From: Octopus sinensis
Taxonomy: Eukaryota
DNA: 64,000 bases
Assembly: GCF_006345805.1 (NCBI RefSeq)
Contig: NC_042997.1
Location: 92,876,001-92,940,000 of the forward strand
Reading direction: 5' to 3'
In this document: positions 1-12,956 of the stretch, one piece after another
Layout: the number at the start of each line of letters is the position of its first letter
Position numbering within the stretch: position 1 is the first letter of the stretch
The notes under the pieces: generated by a model
Told to the model about the DNA's origin: nothing
The model's input: only the letters and a program-made list of their open reading frames with translations
Database searches by the model: none
Program-made: the position numbers and the translations under genes

Positions 1-585
1 GACAAGAGAGTCCACACTAGATATAAGTAATTTTAGAGCAACCAGAATCCACATTAGATAAACAAATAGCTAGCTTAGTAGCCTTTTTCCTTGATTTAAG
101 CTTGTGAATGGATTCTGGCGATTTTATTGTAAACTTTGGTATAGCTGTCTCATTATTTTAGAAAATATGACTAAGGTGCATTTAACAGTAGGCTCTTCAA
201 TTACAGACAATAAATAGCATGCCAAAATTGTACTGTATAAAAAAAAAGCTCTGTAATTTCTATATAATCTTTTTCAGCCAATGAAAATTAGTGTCTTTTT
301 TTTAATATTTTATTTTAACAGGCAGTTGATTTGCCACATGACTCCATGCTGCATTCTTGAATGAGAGGGAGATGATTCAGGTATAAAGTGGTTCTGTGTG
401 TAATGAAGATGTGATAAGTAGATGTTGTTATTTTAAGCATTCTGAAGCTGGCAGAATCATTAGAGTATTGGAAAAAATGCCTTTCAGTATTTTTTCTAGT
501 CAAGTTCTTGGGTTGATGGTATCTACTAACCTCTCCCTTCAATTCTGCTAGCCTTGTACCTAAATCAGAAACACATTACAAGCAC

Positions 586-955
586 AGGTGCGTGGTATGA
601 AGCTTGCTTCCCAACCACATGGTTCTGGGTTCAATCCCACCGCATGGTACCTTGGGTGTCTTCTACTATAGCCTCGGGTCGATCAAAGCCTTGTGAGTGG
701 ATTTGGTAGACAGAAATTGAAAGAAGACTGTCATATAATATATATATATATATGTAAGTATGTATATTTTGCGTGTGTGTATTTATCTCCCCACCATCAC
801 TTGATAACAGATGGTGGTGAGTTTATGTTCCTGTAATTTATTGGTTTGACAAAAGAGACCAATAGAATAAGTACTAGTACCTACAAAGAATACTTTAGGG
901 TGGTGCTCCAGTATGGCTACAGTCAAATGAATGAAACATGTAAAAGAATAAAAGA
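586..955 (+). mobile_element. tRNA-derived SINE, family A (CpG-decayed copy)
   Basis: tRNA-like head (ggttctgggttcaatccc), body cttctactatagcctcggg...gatttggtagacagaaattgaaagaag, internal (TA)n, tail cagtcaaatgaatgaaacatgtaaaagaataaaagaat. Same family as 27431-27830 but with many CG>TG/CA changes. Confidence 0.85.
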
Positions 956-1540
956 ATATTACCTATTCAAGGAAAGGAGGCCTTATAAGCTTATGGCAAC
1001 TTTTATTTACCGGATATCATAAAAGAGTGCTTGAAAGAATATGGAAACAAAACCTGTATTTTTTTCTTGAGTCATAAAAGATGTCAAAATTCAGTTAATT
1101 CATTTGAAGAGAAAATTCTTATCAATACAAAGGATATTCAACTACAAAAGTATTAATAGATTCACTTTAATATTCTCATCATATCTATATACACCCAGCT
1201 GAGTTTTGAATAATCTTAATGTTTGCTTCTTCAATACCAAATGAGATGTTAAATGGAGATTCATTAGCCTAGAAGCTATGACAAAAGCAAAATCTTCAGA
1301 TCTTAAGAAAGCATCATTAGACCACTACCAGAATTGCAGAAACAAACTTGATTAGAAAGATTAAATAAAATCTGAACAAAAGCAGAAGTAGATTCTCCAA
1401 GGCATCTTTTTCATCTCAACAGGTAGCCAAAAGTAAACTATGTGCTCTATATTTCTATGTTCATCAAAATCAAGAGCTTTTATGGTACATCTGAAGAAGG
1501 GATCTCCTTGAAAATGTTGACATTCTTTACTAACCATTAA

Positions 1541-1991
1541 CCCTTTTGTTACCAGATTTCTGTTGAAATACACTACTTTTGCTTCAATTAATGTTTAATC
1601 TTTTAGCATTTAAACTGGCCATATCTGGCCCAAATATGCCTCTTGTTTTTAAGTTCACACTGGCCAGGTCTTAGCCTCTCACACCTACCCTACAATATCA
1701 TCCTAAAAATAGACAATAATATCATTGAAATCTCAAAGTTATGAAACAATACATAACTAAATCAAAACAATATGAATAAATAAGTTTTACACTCGGCAGA
1801 GTAATTTAAACACTAAAGGGTTAAAATAATGAAGAATTTAGTAAAATAATTTAATAATTATTAAGCTGATGTTTGGGACATAAACTGAAATTTTCTTTTG
1901 TTTTGGAGGTGAATGGGTTAGAAACCTCTTTAAAATATAAGTTTGCATTATAGAACTAAGGGCAGAATCAAGGGAGTTGGTATCAAAAGGG
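1541..1991. mobile_element. TTAA-flanked piggyBac-type MITE containing a nested second MITE (1599-1820)
   Basis: Outer: TTAA|cccttttgttacc ... ggtatcaaaaggg|TTAA (12/13 TIR match). Inner: TTAA|tcttttagcattta ... taaacactaaaggg|TTAA. Confidence 0.75.
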
Positions 1992-2149
1992 TTAAATAGT
2001 TAACACTTAAACTACAAACGGTGTTAATTTTCAATATCATATACATATTTTACTTTTGTTTGGTTAGATAAAGGTGATAAAGAAATAAAAGTTTCAGAAA
2101 GTTTTGTGGGCAATATACTGCTATAAGCTGAATTTTGCTTCAATGGTGG

Positions 2150-2600
2150 ATTGGGTGAAATTGTAGAGATGCTGGGACAAAGTCAAGTAATGTTGTGTTA
2201 CAGGTAATCATAGGCAAGGAATAAAGATATAATTTCTTTTAATGGATAACAGAAACATGATAGGTGGAGTAGGCATACTGCTAGCAGATATATAGATAAT
2301 CAAGGTAATTGAGGCAGATTGATTTACGCAATGGGAAAATTAAGCTTAGGCTAGTTTTAGACACGGCAGTGACATTCATCTCTGCTTATGCGCAACAGGA
2401 TTATGAACGATTACGAGATCTTTCAACAGCCTACCTCTAATATGAATGGTAGTGACCTCACCACCATGGCTGGTGACTTTAATGAATAAGTTAGGCAATA
2501 TTTTGTGGTATACATGGGTTATATAGCTATGGTGCCAAAGAATAAGGAGGAAACATGGCTCCTGGAATACTATGATGCAAATGGCTAAACAGTACTTTTT
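2150..2600 (+). pseudogene. Heavily decayed RTE-type LINE fragment (AP-endonuclease region)
   Basis: Frameshifted motifs resembling GVGILLA, KLRLVL, FISAYA, AGDFN and a RLLEY-like segment, typical of RTE endonuclease domains. Confidence 0.55.
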
Positions 2601-5600
2601 GGTTATCTCCACACGTTTTATGAGAAATATTGGTACTTTTGGTTATTTCCCTCAACTAAAAAAATTGTTTAACCCTCAATAAAAAAAAAAAGTGTAAAGA
2701 TGAAACATCTTATTGAATCTGATAATATTTTTATAACAAATCATACAAAACTGAAAAGATTAATAAACATGAAAACAGAAAAAATTAAACATCTTACTGA
2801 ATCTGATAGCATTTTTATAACAAATCATACGTTGCCTATTGAGGAGGCCAAATGTCAATAATGTGCTGAAGTACTGAATCAAAAGAATTTAACTCTTTTA
2901 ATCCAATCTCTTGTTTCCACAGAAACCCAATTTTTTAGAGGGGAGATAATCCAGTTTTTTTAATGGGGGTGAGGTAACTCATCAGCAGGTGGGCTGCCCT
3001 AATAAAAAAATTCAACGTAATTTTTTCCTTAGGTATACAATTCAGAAAGTCCCAAGTTGAAACAATTGACCCCAGTACTTATTTTAAAATCTGATACTTA
3101 TTCTGTTCCTTTTGGTGAACAGCTCAGTTGTTGAGTGGTGACGGGCAGCAAACACACACGACTGGTTTATACTTTTGTTTATATGCATAAACATGCAAAT
3201 ATATAGCCTCTCATCCCTTTAATATGCCTCTCACAAATCTCTCCAATCATTCACAGGTCTGTTACCTATGTCACTATTGCCTCTGTCTCTATAATTTGTA
3301 CTCTTATTGCTCAACTCTTGATCACTATCTCCTCACCTCACTGTGCTATGCAGCCAATGTAACTAAGGATAGTTGTGGATCTCTTTGATTCACCATAGTT
3401 TCCAGTGTACCTAGGGATACCATAAGAACTATCTGACCCTCTCTTCAACATTCCACATCTCTCTCTCTCTCTCATCCTTATCACCCAAGCTCTCTATCTT
3501 GAGATATATACTTAAAAGACCTCATCAGATCTGTATGTAACTCATACTCTACCTATAATCCTCACTGGCTATTTGGTATTGACATTTATAACTCACTCTC
3601 TCACCTCTATTGTTACAAGTGTTGGTGCTACATAAAATATACTAAGTTCACTTAGTTAAGTGTAGGGTTGTGAGGACCCTTTAGTCTTGTTAAAGATATA
3701 ACAAGCTCTCTGGCACCAGTGCACTCTGTAAAGTGAATGACTTAGTAAAGGTACCAAGCCAAAGAAACCTAAGCAAAAATGCACACTCCACTCTGACCCA
3801 GTTAGGAAGCAGAAATGAAACCTTTGCATGGAAAATGGATATATGATAACAAAAATAATAATGTTGAATATTTAATAGAGATGTAATTACAGAAGTCAAC
3901 TTTCAAATCATGCATAATCTAAACACATTGATAACACTGTATAACAATTTTCTTTTTGTTTTTCTTTGGTCAGTAAGTGTTATATTCTTCTATCTAGAAA
4001 TCAATGGAAATGACTACTATTCCCTTCAAACTTTGCTCTTGTGAAAATCAGTCTTCCACACGTACACGCTTGTCCTTTCAGGCACTTAAAAAACACCCAC
4101 ACTGGTGCTGCATACATGCACCCATGCCAGTGGCATATAAAAAGCACTCAGCATACTCTGAAAAATGTCACATAGTTGAGTCAAGTCATCCTTTAACTAA
4201 ATAAAAACTACAAGAGCTTCACACACACCAAAACCTGGAGTCAAAATCCCCAAAACTTACACATTTCTTTTTCATCATAATTATTATAGTACAGATATTT
4301 TAATTTGATGAATATTATATGATAATTAGTGAGCAAAAACAGAAAGGATAAAGAACATCTAATAAGAACTATATTTTGAGACAGATGCACTGCCTACAAG
4401 AAAAAGCATATATTGAAATACTGCAATTCTGGATACATTATGTCAAAGAAACTCAAAATATAAACCTGTATTAAAAAACATTTCAAAAATCAACGACACT
4501 TTCAACCACTTAAAATGGCCGCCACATGGAAATACAGGACTTAAGCTTTAGTAATCAAACCATTTTGTAAAGACAGTACATAGACATAGTACAACAACAG
4601 GGATGGTGATAATACTGTGATAGGGTGAAGATCAACTTCATTAATTTCTGTTGCCTTCAGAAGTGCAAGAAAATAACCCTTTAAGTCAGCAAAATCAATA
4701 CAGTCAGTATATAGGTATATATTTTGCTTAGCAGCTTATATTACCGACTTTTACAAGGCAGGGTTTATGATTACAATTTTAGTTTCAATAATTAGAGTTG
4801 TGCCTCTATTGAGATTGAGTTTATCAACTTAATTCTATTTTAGAATAACAGATAAACTGCACTCAGAGATCACAATTCCTATTACTGTTATAATTAGGAG
4901 TAAAAGAATAGTACTAGAAATCAACTTGATATTCGTATTTGATCAAAATGACTTTAACAGTAAATTAACAAAAATTCATTTTCGAGGTTGCTGTTATTGG
5001 TGGTGATATGGGGAAATCAACTTTCAAGTGTATTTAACAGCCTAATAACAGTTCTTGATAGCAAGTCGTTGAGGCAGAAGGTTTTCTCTTCAGCTGAAAC
5101 ACGTATAGTGGTTTCACAATTAATTAATCAGCAAAATGCCAAACTAATGATACTGCATGTTTTTATTTTTTAATACACAAATAAACTGTATACATTATTA
5201 TTATTTGCTCGAGTTCTTGAAATATTTATTACAGCAAGTTTAGCGGTCAAGTACAAACCACTCACTTGATTCGTATTTCTTCAACAAGTGGAAACAAAAA
5301 CAAATATTCAGTGACGTATGGGCAAGATGAATGATTTACAAAAGCATTACAAATGGAGTTTCTTTTTGTTTGTAATTAAAAAAAATTTTTAAGGCTTTCG
5401 TTTTAGTTTCAATTAAAAACTAATTGTTAAAGTGTTAGTAGTACTAAGCACATAAAGAGTCCATATATTTTATAAATCAGTTTTAGACACTGAAACTAGG
5501 CTCAAGTCTGCCTCTTAATATTGGACATGGGATTATGTCAATACATATATTTGTAAACTTCTGGTTTCCCAAACGCAACGTAACTCTCTTCTTTCAAACA

Positions 5601-5637
5601 AGTGATATCAAAATGTAACAAAAAAGTCAACACTTAC

Positions 5638-5995
5638 TGATTTGGTAAATAACAGCCAAAATGATGAACAGTGATACAATGTGTTGGAACACAAGTGAAG
5701 GTAACTTGGAGTCATCGAAATTTTGTTGGTGTTTCTCTGTTGGATGAGAAAGATCCGGTACTTTGCTGGACTTGTGTTGAACGTTATGCTTTAAATGAAG
5801 GTCATTGGAAGATGACAACTCCGGATCGAGATATAATCCATTTGAGACAGCAATGAATGGCATTTGAGGAGCAGTCTGACCAGCTGAGGACTGAGAGATT
5901 CCAGCTATTACACCAATCAATAATATTAAAAGCATAGACATGGTGATAAGATCAGATCGTCTAAGAAAGGGTAAAAATGACACTAACGAAGTCAT
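5638..5995 (-). CDS. Putative first coding exon of an unidentified host gene (hydrophobic leader plus a second hydrophobic segment; secreted or membrane protein)
   Basis: Non-repetitive ORF MTSLVSFLPFLRRSDLITMSMLLILLIGVIAGISQSSAG...SLVFQHIVSLFIILAVIYQI. Consensus donor CA|GTAAGT at 5638/5637. Upstream acceptor ctaac...atttttgcttAG at 6079-6078. No homolog recognised. If unspliced, the ORF stops at 5627. Confidence 0.55.
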
Positions 5996-7030
5996 TGTAA
6001 GAAAAACAAGTTTTGACACCTGAAGTGTCTTTCTACTTGGTGAACGTAAATATAAAATTAACTCGCCCTACATATAACTAAGCAAAAATATGTTAGGAAG
6101 AAAGTTAAACTAGACTATGTGTAAGGAAAGCTAAGATATTTGACAATCTAACGAGATATCCAAATAAACTAATCACGTGTATCAAGATACAAAAGCCATA
6201 TAACACGATTCCGACAACACGTGGATCCCCTGGGAACAATCAATGTGCTTCACCCATTCACTAATAACCACAATACTTTTATTTACAACCTTTGTAGGCC
6301 ATGTGGCTAACAATTGTACGCAACTTTTTAAACATCACAAAATGACTAAATAGAAATAGGTTTATTAGACTTAAAACAAATGAAATCAAATCACATCGGT
6401 CTCTCTTTCTTTATATATTTATATAATATAGTGAACAATTAAGCAAAAACACATTTATAACTAGTTTACTAAATCGATTTATAAATATAAATGAAATGTT
6501 ATTAATAAATGCTTTGTTTGGTTTTACAGAAAGGTTGAACGAATCTTCAACACAAATAAATATACAATACGGAGCTAGAAAAAAATCTAGCCTCTAATAC
6601 ATATAAACAGTAGTTGGTATTGATTTATTTCGATTTAGTAAAACACTGTGTTTATCAAGAACAGGAAAATATGCAGTATAAAATAACAAAAAAAACATGA
6701 AACCTTATACGCATGAAATATATAAATAAATATAGCAGAGTGCGGTTAAATATTAAGGATGCAAACTGAATTTGAAAGTTTGGAAAGGAGAAAAAAAAGG
6801 AGGGGAGGGAAGGGGGAAGAAAAAAAAACTGAAGCAAAAAGACGGCAAAGGAAGGTATCGATATGCTATGGTACAGAAGAATAACAAAGAGACAAGTTAA
6901 AAAGAAATATCTATAAAAGAGGGCAAGTTATATGAGGGACTATGTGATGTGTGTGTATCCTAAAAATAATATCCCTAGATACACACACGTATCACACAGA
7001 CACTTTCTGGAAACATCACCATAACCTTAC

Positions 7031-7370
7031 TGGTCAGACTGCTCCTACAGTAACACATACAGCTATCGTCGGTGGTCATAGTAGAGTATTCACTTGATGG
7101 TTGGTGATAGTACTGTCTGTTGGCAACTTGAAGAAAGTACACGTGCGGATCTCCCTTAACAGGGGGTGACATACTGTGACGATTACGGCAAAACTTGAAT
7201 AAAATAAAAACAACCGACAAATATGGTGTGGTATAAAGTATTCGATATGACAAGGAGGCTTCCGACTACTGGACAGTATTATGCAGCTAGTTGTTAATGT
7301 CTAAACATTAAGTATAGAACCTTAATTACACCAGCTGTACAACACTGCACAGTAGGAGCTCCTCTCGCCT
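7031..7370 (-). other. Putative exon 1 (5' UTR with upstream ORF) of the minus-strand gene
   Basis: Unique, relatively CpG-rich sequence just downstream of the promoter motif; donor CA|GTAAGG at 7031/7030. The TSS position is a guess. Confidence 0.4.
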
Positions 7371-7410
7371 CCGCGGACACTCAGTGGAGAGAGCGCATGC
7401 GCAAAAAATT
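7360..7410. promoter_or_regulatory. Putative housekeeping-type promoter with NRF1/Ewg-like palindrome
   Basis: GCGCATGCGCA at about 7392-7402 in a local CpG-rich patch (ctctcgcctccgcgg), upstream of the inferred minus-strand exons. Confidence 0.55.
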
Positions 7411-8294
7411 GCTTCCCTCCAAGATTCCGGTTAGATATGTGTATGGAAGCACATACGCATTATAATCGAAATATTGTTTTGAAAACGTTTTAAAGTAACC
7501 GGTTAAAAGTATTAAGCAGCTTCAACTAAATCTCCAGGCAAAAAGCACTGCATTCTACATGTCTCTCAATAATATCACTGTTAATGACATGATCCCCGAA
7601 CAGTCTGACGCTGAAGAAATGACTGAATATTGATTGTACAATAAATGGTAATTTACATCGAGCTAATTGACATCGAGTTCAAATCCAACGGGATACTGGT
7701 GCAGGTAAATTCAATAATTCCGGATTCACTGATCTTAAATTTAATTTCAAGTGCCACCGAGGTCTGTTTTACCTTTCATCCACGCGGGATCGATAGAAAA
7801 GTACCAATTCATGGTGCAGGTGGGTAGATGGGTGGGGCTAGTAGAAAATCTTACCAAAAACCTTGCAGTGTTCGCTCTGGCTCTTGGTGTTCTGAGTTCC
7901 AATTTCTCCATTGTTTACTTGGGTAATAGACTCAATCCGCTGCCCGTTTTATCACGACCGTGTCACATATAAGGGGCTTCTAGCGAAGGCATACCTACAC
8001 AAGTATACCCCACCGATTTTATTTCCTCATAATTTTCAGAAAAATTGATATATTTTAATAAGATAGGAAAGGGACCCAAGCCCTTGCTCATTGTGCTTGG
8101 TCTGCGAGATCCCCAGCCTCACCGTATGTGATTTTTCCTAGTGGGGATATGTAAAGGATCGCGTTTATATTCCATCGCTACCCACTAATCTCGTTGGCCT
8201 TAAACGAGTCTCTGAAAATTTGACGATGATATTAGATTGAAAGTTTTCCTTGAAACGGACGTAAGATTATGTGATGTAACAGAATGTTATATAA

Positions 8295-8890
8295 GCGAGC
8301 TGGCAGAATCATTAGCACGCCGGGCGAAATGCTTAGCGGTATTTCGTCTGCTGTTACGTTCTGAGTTCAAATTCCGCCGAGGTCGACTTTGCCTTTCATC
8401 CTTTCGAGGTCGATAAATTAAGTACCTGTTACTCACAGGGGTCGATGTAATCGAATTAATCCGTTTGTCTGTCCTTGTTTGTCCTCTCTGTGTTTAGCCC
8501 CTTTTGCGTAGTAAAGAAATAGGTATTTCGTCTGCCGCTACGTTCTGAGTTTAAATTCCGCCGAGGTCGACTTTACTTTTCATCATTTCGGGGTCGATAA
8601 ATTAAGTACCAGTTACGCACTGGGGTCGATGTAATCGACTTAATCCGTTTGTCTGTCCATGTTTGTCCCCTCTGTGTTTAGCCCCTTGTGGGCAGTAAAG
8701 AAATAGGTATTTCGTCTGCCGCTACGTTCTTTGTTCAAATTCCGCCGAGGTCGACTTTACCTTTTATCCTTTCGGGGTCGATTAAATAAGTACCAGTTAC
8801 GCACTGGGGTCGATATAATCGACTTAATCCGTTTGTCTGTCCTTGTTTGTCCCTTCTGTGTGTAGTCCCTTATGGGCAGTAAAGAAATAA
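8295..8890 (+). mobile_element. SINE family B, one head plus three tandem 184-bp bodies
   Basis: Head gcgagctggcagaatcattagcacgccgggcg; units ggtatttcgtctg...agtaaagaaata at 8338, 8522 and 8706; flanking duplication atgttatataagc at 8284-8296 and 8893-8905. Confidence 0.9.
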
Positions 8891-8944
8891 ACATGTTATA
8901 TAAGCAAACTCTCCTGCTTTGTGTTACTATGTGTGTGTGTGTAT

Positions 8945-8998
<54 letters not shown>

Positions 8999-9415
8999 GC
9001 GAGCGTGCGTGTTTGTTTGTTATGCATTTATGTATCCATGTATGTGTGTGCACGCGCATTTGTACATTGGAAGCTGAGTCAATGAGTCGCTACTCGAAAT
9101 TTTCCTTTTCCTCTTTCTCTACTCTTCTAAAGATCGGGATTGAGAAAATTCAAGTAGTGACTGACACAAATTTAGCTTTGAATACTGTATCACGCCACTC
9201 AGCTTAACAGTATTGAATACTTTCTCTCGCTTAATTGCATTTCACACAATTTATGATCAGTGAATCCAGAATTATTGAATTTACCTGCACCAGTATCCCG
9301 TTGGATACTATCATATGTGGTGCGTGTATAATTTATGTGCTCTTACCAGATCTATTACCGATTATGTGGACCAAAAGGTTTACTGTTGTATCCTCTGCAT
9401 TACACAATAGTAATG

Positions 9416-9709
9416 TTTGTTCCTTCTCGAGCCATCCCTGGCTCATAAGGGCCGGTTTCCCGGCGTATAGGTTCCCCACCTGGACGGAATGCCGGTCTGT
9501 CGCAGGTGAGCTGCAAGATGCAGGAGGAAAGAATGAGAGAAAGTTGTGGCGTAAGAGTCAGCAGAAGTTTTGCCATTACCTTCTGCCGGAGCTGCGTGGA
9601 GCTTAGGTGTTTCGCTCATAAGCACACACATTGCCCGGTCTGAGATTCGAACCCACGATCCCTCGACCGTGAGTCTGCCTCTCTAACCACTAGGCCATGT
9701 GCCTCCACT
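9416..9709 (-). mobile_element. tRNA-derived SINE, family C head with V-domain-like tail
   Basis: Head ggaggcacatggcctagtggttagag...ggttcgaatctc; 13-bp TSD cacaatagtaatg at 9403-9415 and 9710-9722. Confidence 0.85.
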
Positions 9710-10183
9710 CACAATAGTAATGACAGGAAACGAACTGGATTCACTAAAAAGATTAAAATGTAATAAATATCTCTCTACCCTGAAGACGAAGGCCGGATCT
9801 ACTTAATGTTCATATGCTTCCACTACAAGTTGCTTATCCTTGACGTTTTTGCAAACTACATCTACCAAACATTATGAAGTAATTTCGTGAACTATGAAGT
9901 AATTCCGGAACCATGTGGCTGGGAAGCAAACTTCTTACCACATAGCCATGCCTGCGCCTATGTATGTATATTTTGTATATTTTGCCTAAGTACTTTTATT
10001 TGTTTATTTGCATCATTATCTCTAAATCTGCTTACCTAGATTCCTCTTATTGCCATTCTTTACCCCATGGACTTGGTCCTCGGAAAAGGTTTCGGAGTGT
10101 AAGTTTAAATCATTTGAGCGCTACTAAGTGTTTTCTATATACAGCATCGCTGGACCTCATCTGTTGACTTTCTCTCTCTCTCG

Positions 10184-10263
<80 letters not shown>

Positions 10264-11202
10264 ATGTGTAGTTTGGGTTCTAATGGGAAAGACAACCAAT
10301 TGAAAACCATTGTTATGTTTACGTGTTTATTATCCTTACATGTTACACGGACGACGACATTCAGCGTAGTAATACATTATATACTTTACACACAGTTTGT
10401 ACTGTTCACTAACAAATAGTGCCAAGAGTGGGGATGTAGTTTGGCATACGCAAACACATACATATGAATGTGTAACATATATATATATATATGTAGTATC
10501 TTCAAGCAGGCATAGCGTGGATTCGATCCTAGATCACCAAATTTTACTTAGCAGTTCAACAGCACATTTCTCATGGTAAAACAATAGTTTTTCTGTGAAC
10601 GACAGCAGTTATTAAGCCAGATGCCTTCGCTAAGCAAAATAATGTCTTTGCCACTTGACCCTTCTAACCTCTTCTAGGTCACCAAAACCTATAATAGGGA
10701 TAACAGACCGCCAACGAAATTCATTGTTCTCAACAATATGTCTCTCCTTCTAACTAGTTTGGATAATTATAAATACTAAAACACCGTAGGAAAAAGTTAG
10801 TAGGCTAAAAGGAGATGATGTAGAGGCGACCACTGGCAGAATTCAGTTAGTGAGATAATTCAACTGAGAGAAGGTGTAGCGTACACTCGAGTGAAATTCC
10901 TCTCTCCCCTTTATTATATACATGTACATGCGAACGTAGCAGATAACAGCTACCCTTTAGCCCCTATTTGAACCCCGTTGTGTCCGCTACTCTGATTGGT
11001 TGGTAATGGCGCAATTTGTGTCTTACTCTATAGCGCCAGTATGCAACCTAACCAATTGAAGTCCCTAAATAAGATCAGGTGAGATGGCCTGTTCCCAACC
11101 TAGTTTGAGCCTACTCTAACTTATAAAAACCTAGCTACTCCTCGTCTCGAAGTCTTTAGTTCCAGAACTTTTAAAGTATAGCCACTGACCACTCGACACA
11201 AC

Positions 11203-11241
<39 letters not shown>

Positions 11242-11837
11242 CTTATGATAATATATATATAAAGATCGAAACAGAACCAAAACTAATTCATCTCAAATTG
11301 CTAGTGCCTTTAGGAGAGGCATGAATATCACCAGCCTACATTTTCTCTCTTATAAAAAATTATAATAATTACTAAGTGCCTAATCAAAAGAAAGCAATAC
11401 TTGCTGGTGTAGGCAAGTCTTGGTTTCAAAGTCATTTCAATTACAATATATCGGTTAATGTTGATGAGAAAAGTATAAGCATCCTTCACTTTCATTTCCC
11501 TATTTCCTTCAAACAGGCAGTATTATGTCTATTATAAGAAATAAAATCAATACGCAAGAACAGGAAGGAAAAAAAATCATGTCTGGAAGATTTCAGCTTG
11601 TTCTATTCACTCTACGCATGGAGTAACCTTGACCAGAGAAAAAGCAATTGCAGGATGGTAGATTCAATAAACTATGTCAATGAAAGATAGAGGCCGAAAG
11701 AGAGAGAGTGAGAGAAAAAATTTGCGAAAAAAAGTTCAGTTGACGCTCGCGAGAATGGTTAGTCAATCATTTGATATGCACTAATTATTTACCAACACAA
11801 ATAGATTTTCTTTCAAACAATACTAAGCTCAGCGTTA

Positions 11838-12083
11838 ATTCTAATTAGTGGGAACATTCCTGTGGAAAAAATAAGTTGGATTTCTGTTGCTACAGTATAA
11901 CGTTCTGCTGGACGCAGACGATCGACTTCGACTGAAATATTCGCAGTAATCTAAACAATGTATTCTAATTAGTGGGAACATTCCTGTAGACAAATGAATC
12001 GGCTTACTGTTACTACAGTCTCAACGATCAGTTGAAAGCAGACGATCGACTTCAACGGAAATATTTGCAGCAATCTAAACGAT
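11838..12083. repeat. Diverged tandem dimer of about 124 bp
   Basis: attctaattagtgggaacattcctgt...gcagacgatcgacttc...aatctaaac occurs twice in direct orientation. Confidence 0.8.
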
Positions 12084-12956
12084 ACAATATTGTCGATAAC
12101 TCTTCAAACATGATATTAACTGTGCTCGGTTGTAACGATCCAAATGAAATCAATATGGCAGCGTTTAGATTTTGGCTTGTAAATTACATTAAATTGGATA
12201 CTGGGAGTAAGGTTTCTAAATTTCCATCGTCTAATTTCTTATGATTTGTCTGTTCGTGTTTCTTTGTATGCATGCGCAATGTTAGGTTTATATTTCCCAG
12301 TGAAGCAAGAACTAATCTGAAGAGCTTAGCTTTTCGAGATTATTAAACATTTAGACATTAAGCCAAGTACACCAATAGTTATAGGTACAAATGTGAATTT
12401 ATAATCTGGGTAAAGAAGCCATAGGTTTCAAACAGTTATCCGTAAATATTCTTTCTCACTAATTTTCGGGGCTGTTGTTCTCAAGGACTACGCATTTTTT
12501 CTTTTGTGTCCCTTTATGTTTGTACGTGCTAGAAATTTTGATGATAATGTTTCTCCAATTTTCCGTGTGTTGGTATGTATGTATTCAATAATCCATATAT
12601 TTTCTATTTATATTTCCCAGTGTAGTTTTCAATAGAGGTGACGTTGAACACTATTTAGCAAAAGCATCATATCACATTGAGATGACGTTTTTAGACAGTT
12701 ACTAATCATATGTGTTATATCTTTCACAGAACTGTCACATAATAGACATTTTCGGTCACACCCTGAGGGTTAAGAGCTACACTCTCTCGTTTGCTCATTA
12801 GATATTCTGAAGCTATTTCCTAATCTCATGTTGCTAAAACATAACCTTCAAAGTCTCTTCTATTTGTTTTAATTATTATAAATTTTACACTGAAGAAGGA
12901 GCTGGTTTCCGACAAAGATATAAGGCTCCATCTTTGGAATGTTGTGAACACGAACA

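Noticed and set aside
315-4700. Short minus-strand open frames (315-542, 1361-1573, about 4545-4665) as downstream exons
   Set aside because: No convincing paired splice sites or recognisable protein motifs, and they partly overlap repeats.
8338-8889. Regularly spaced repeats suggestive of a CRISPR array
   Set aside because: Whole 184-bp units repeat with no unique spacers, the context is eukaryotic and there are no cas genes.
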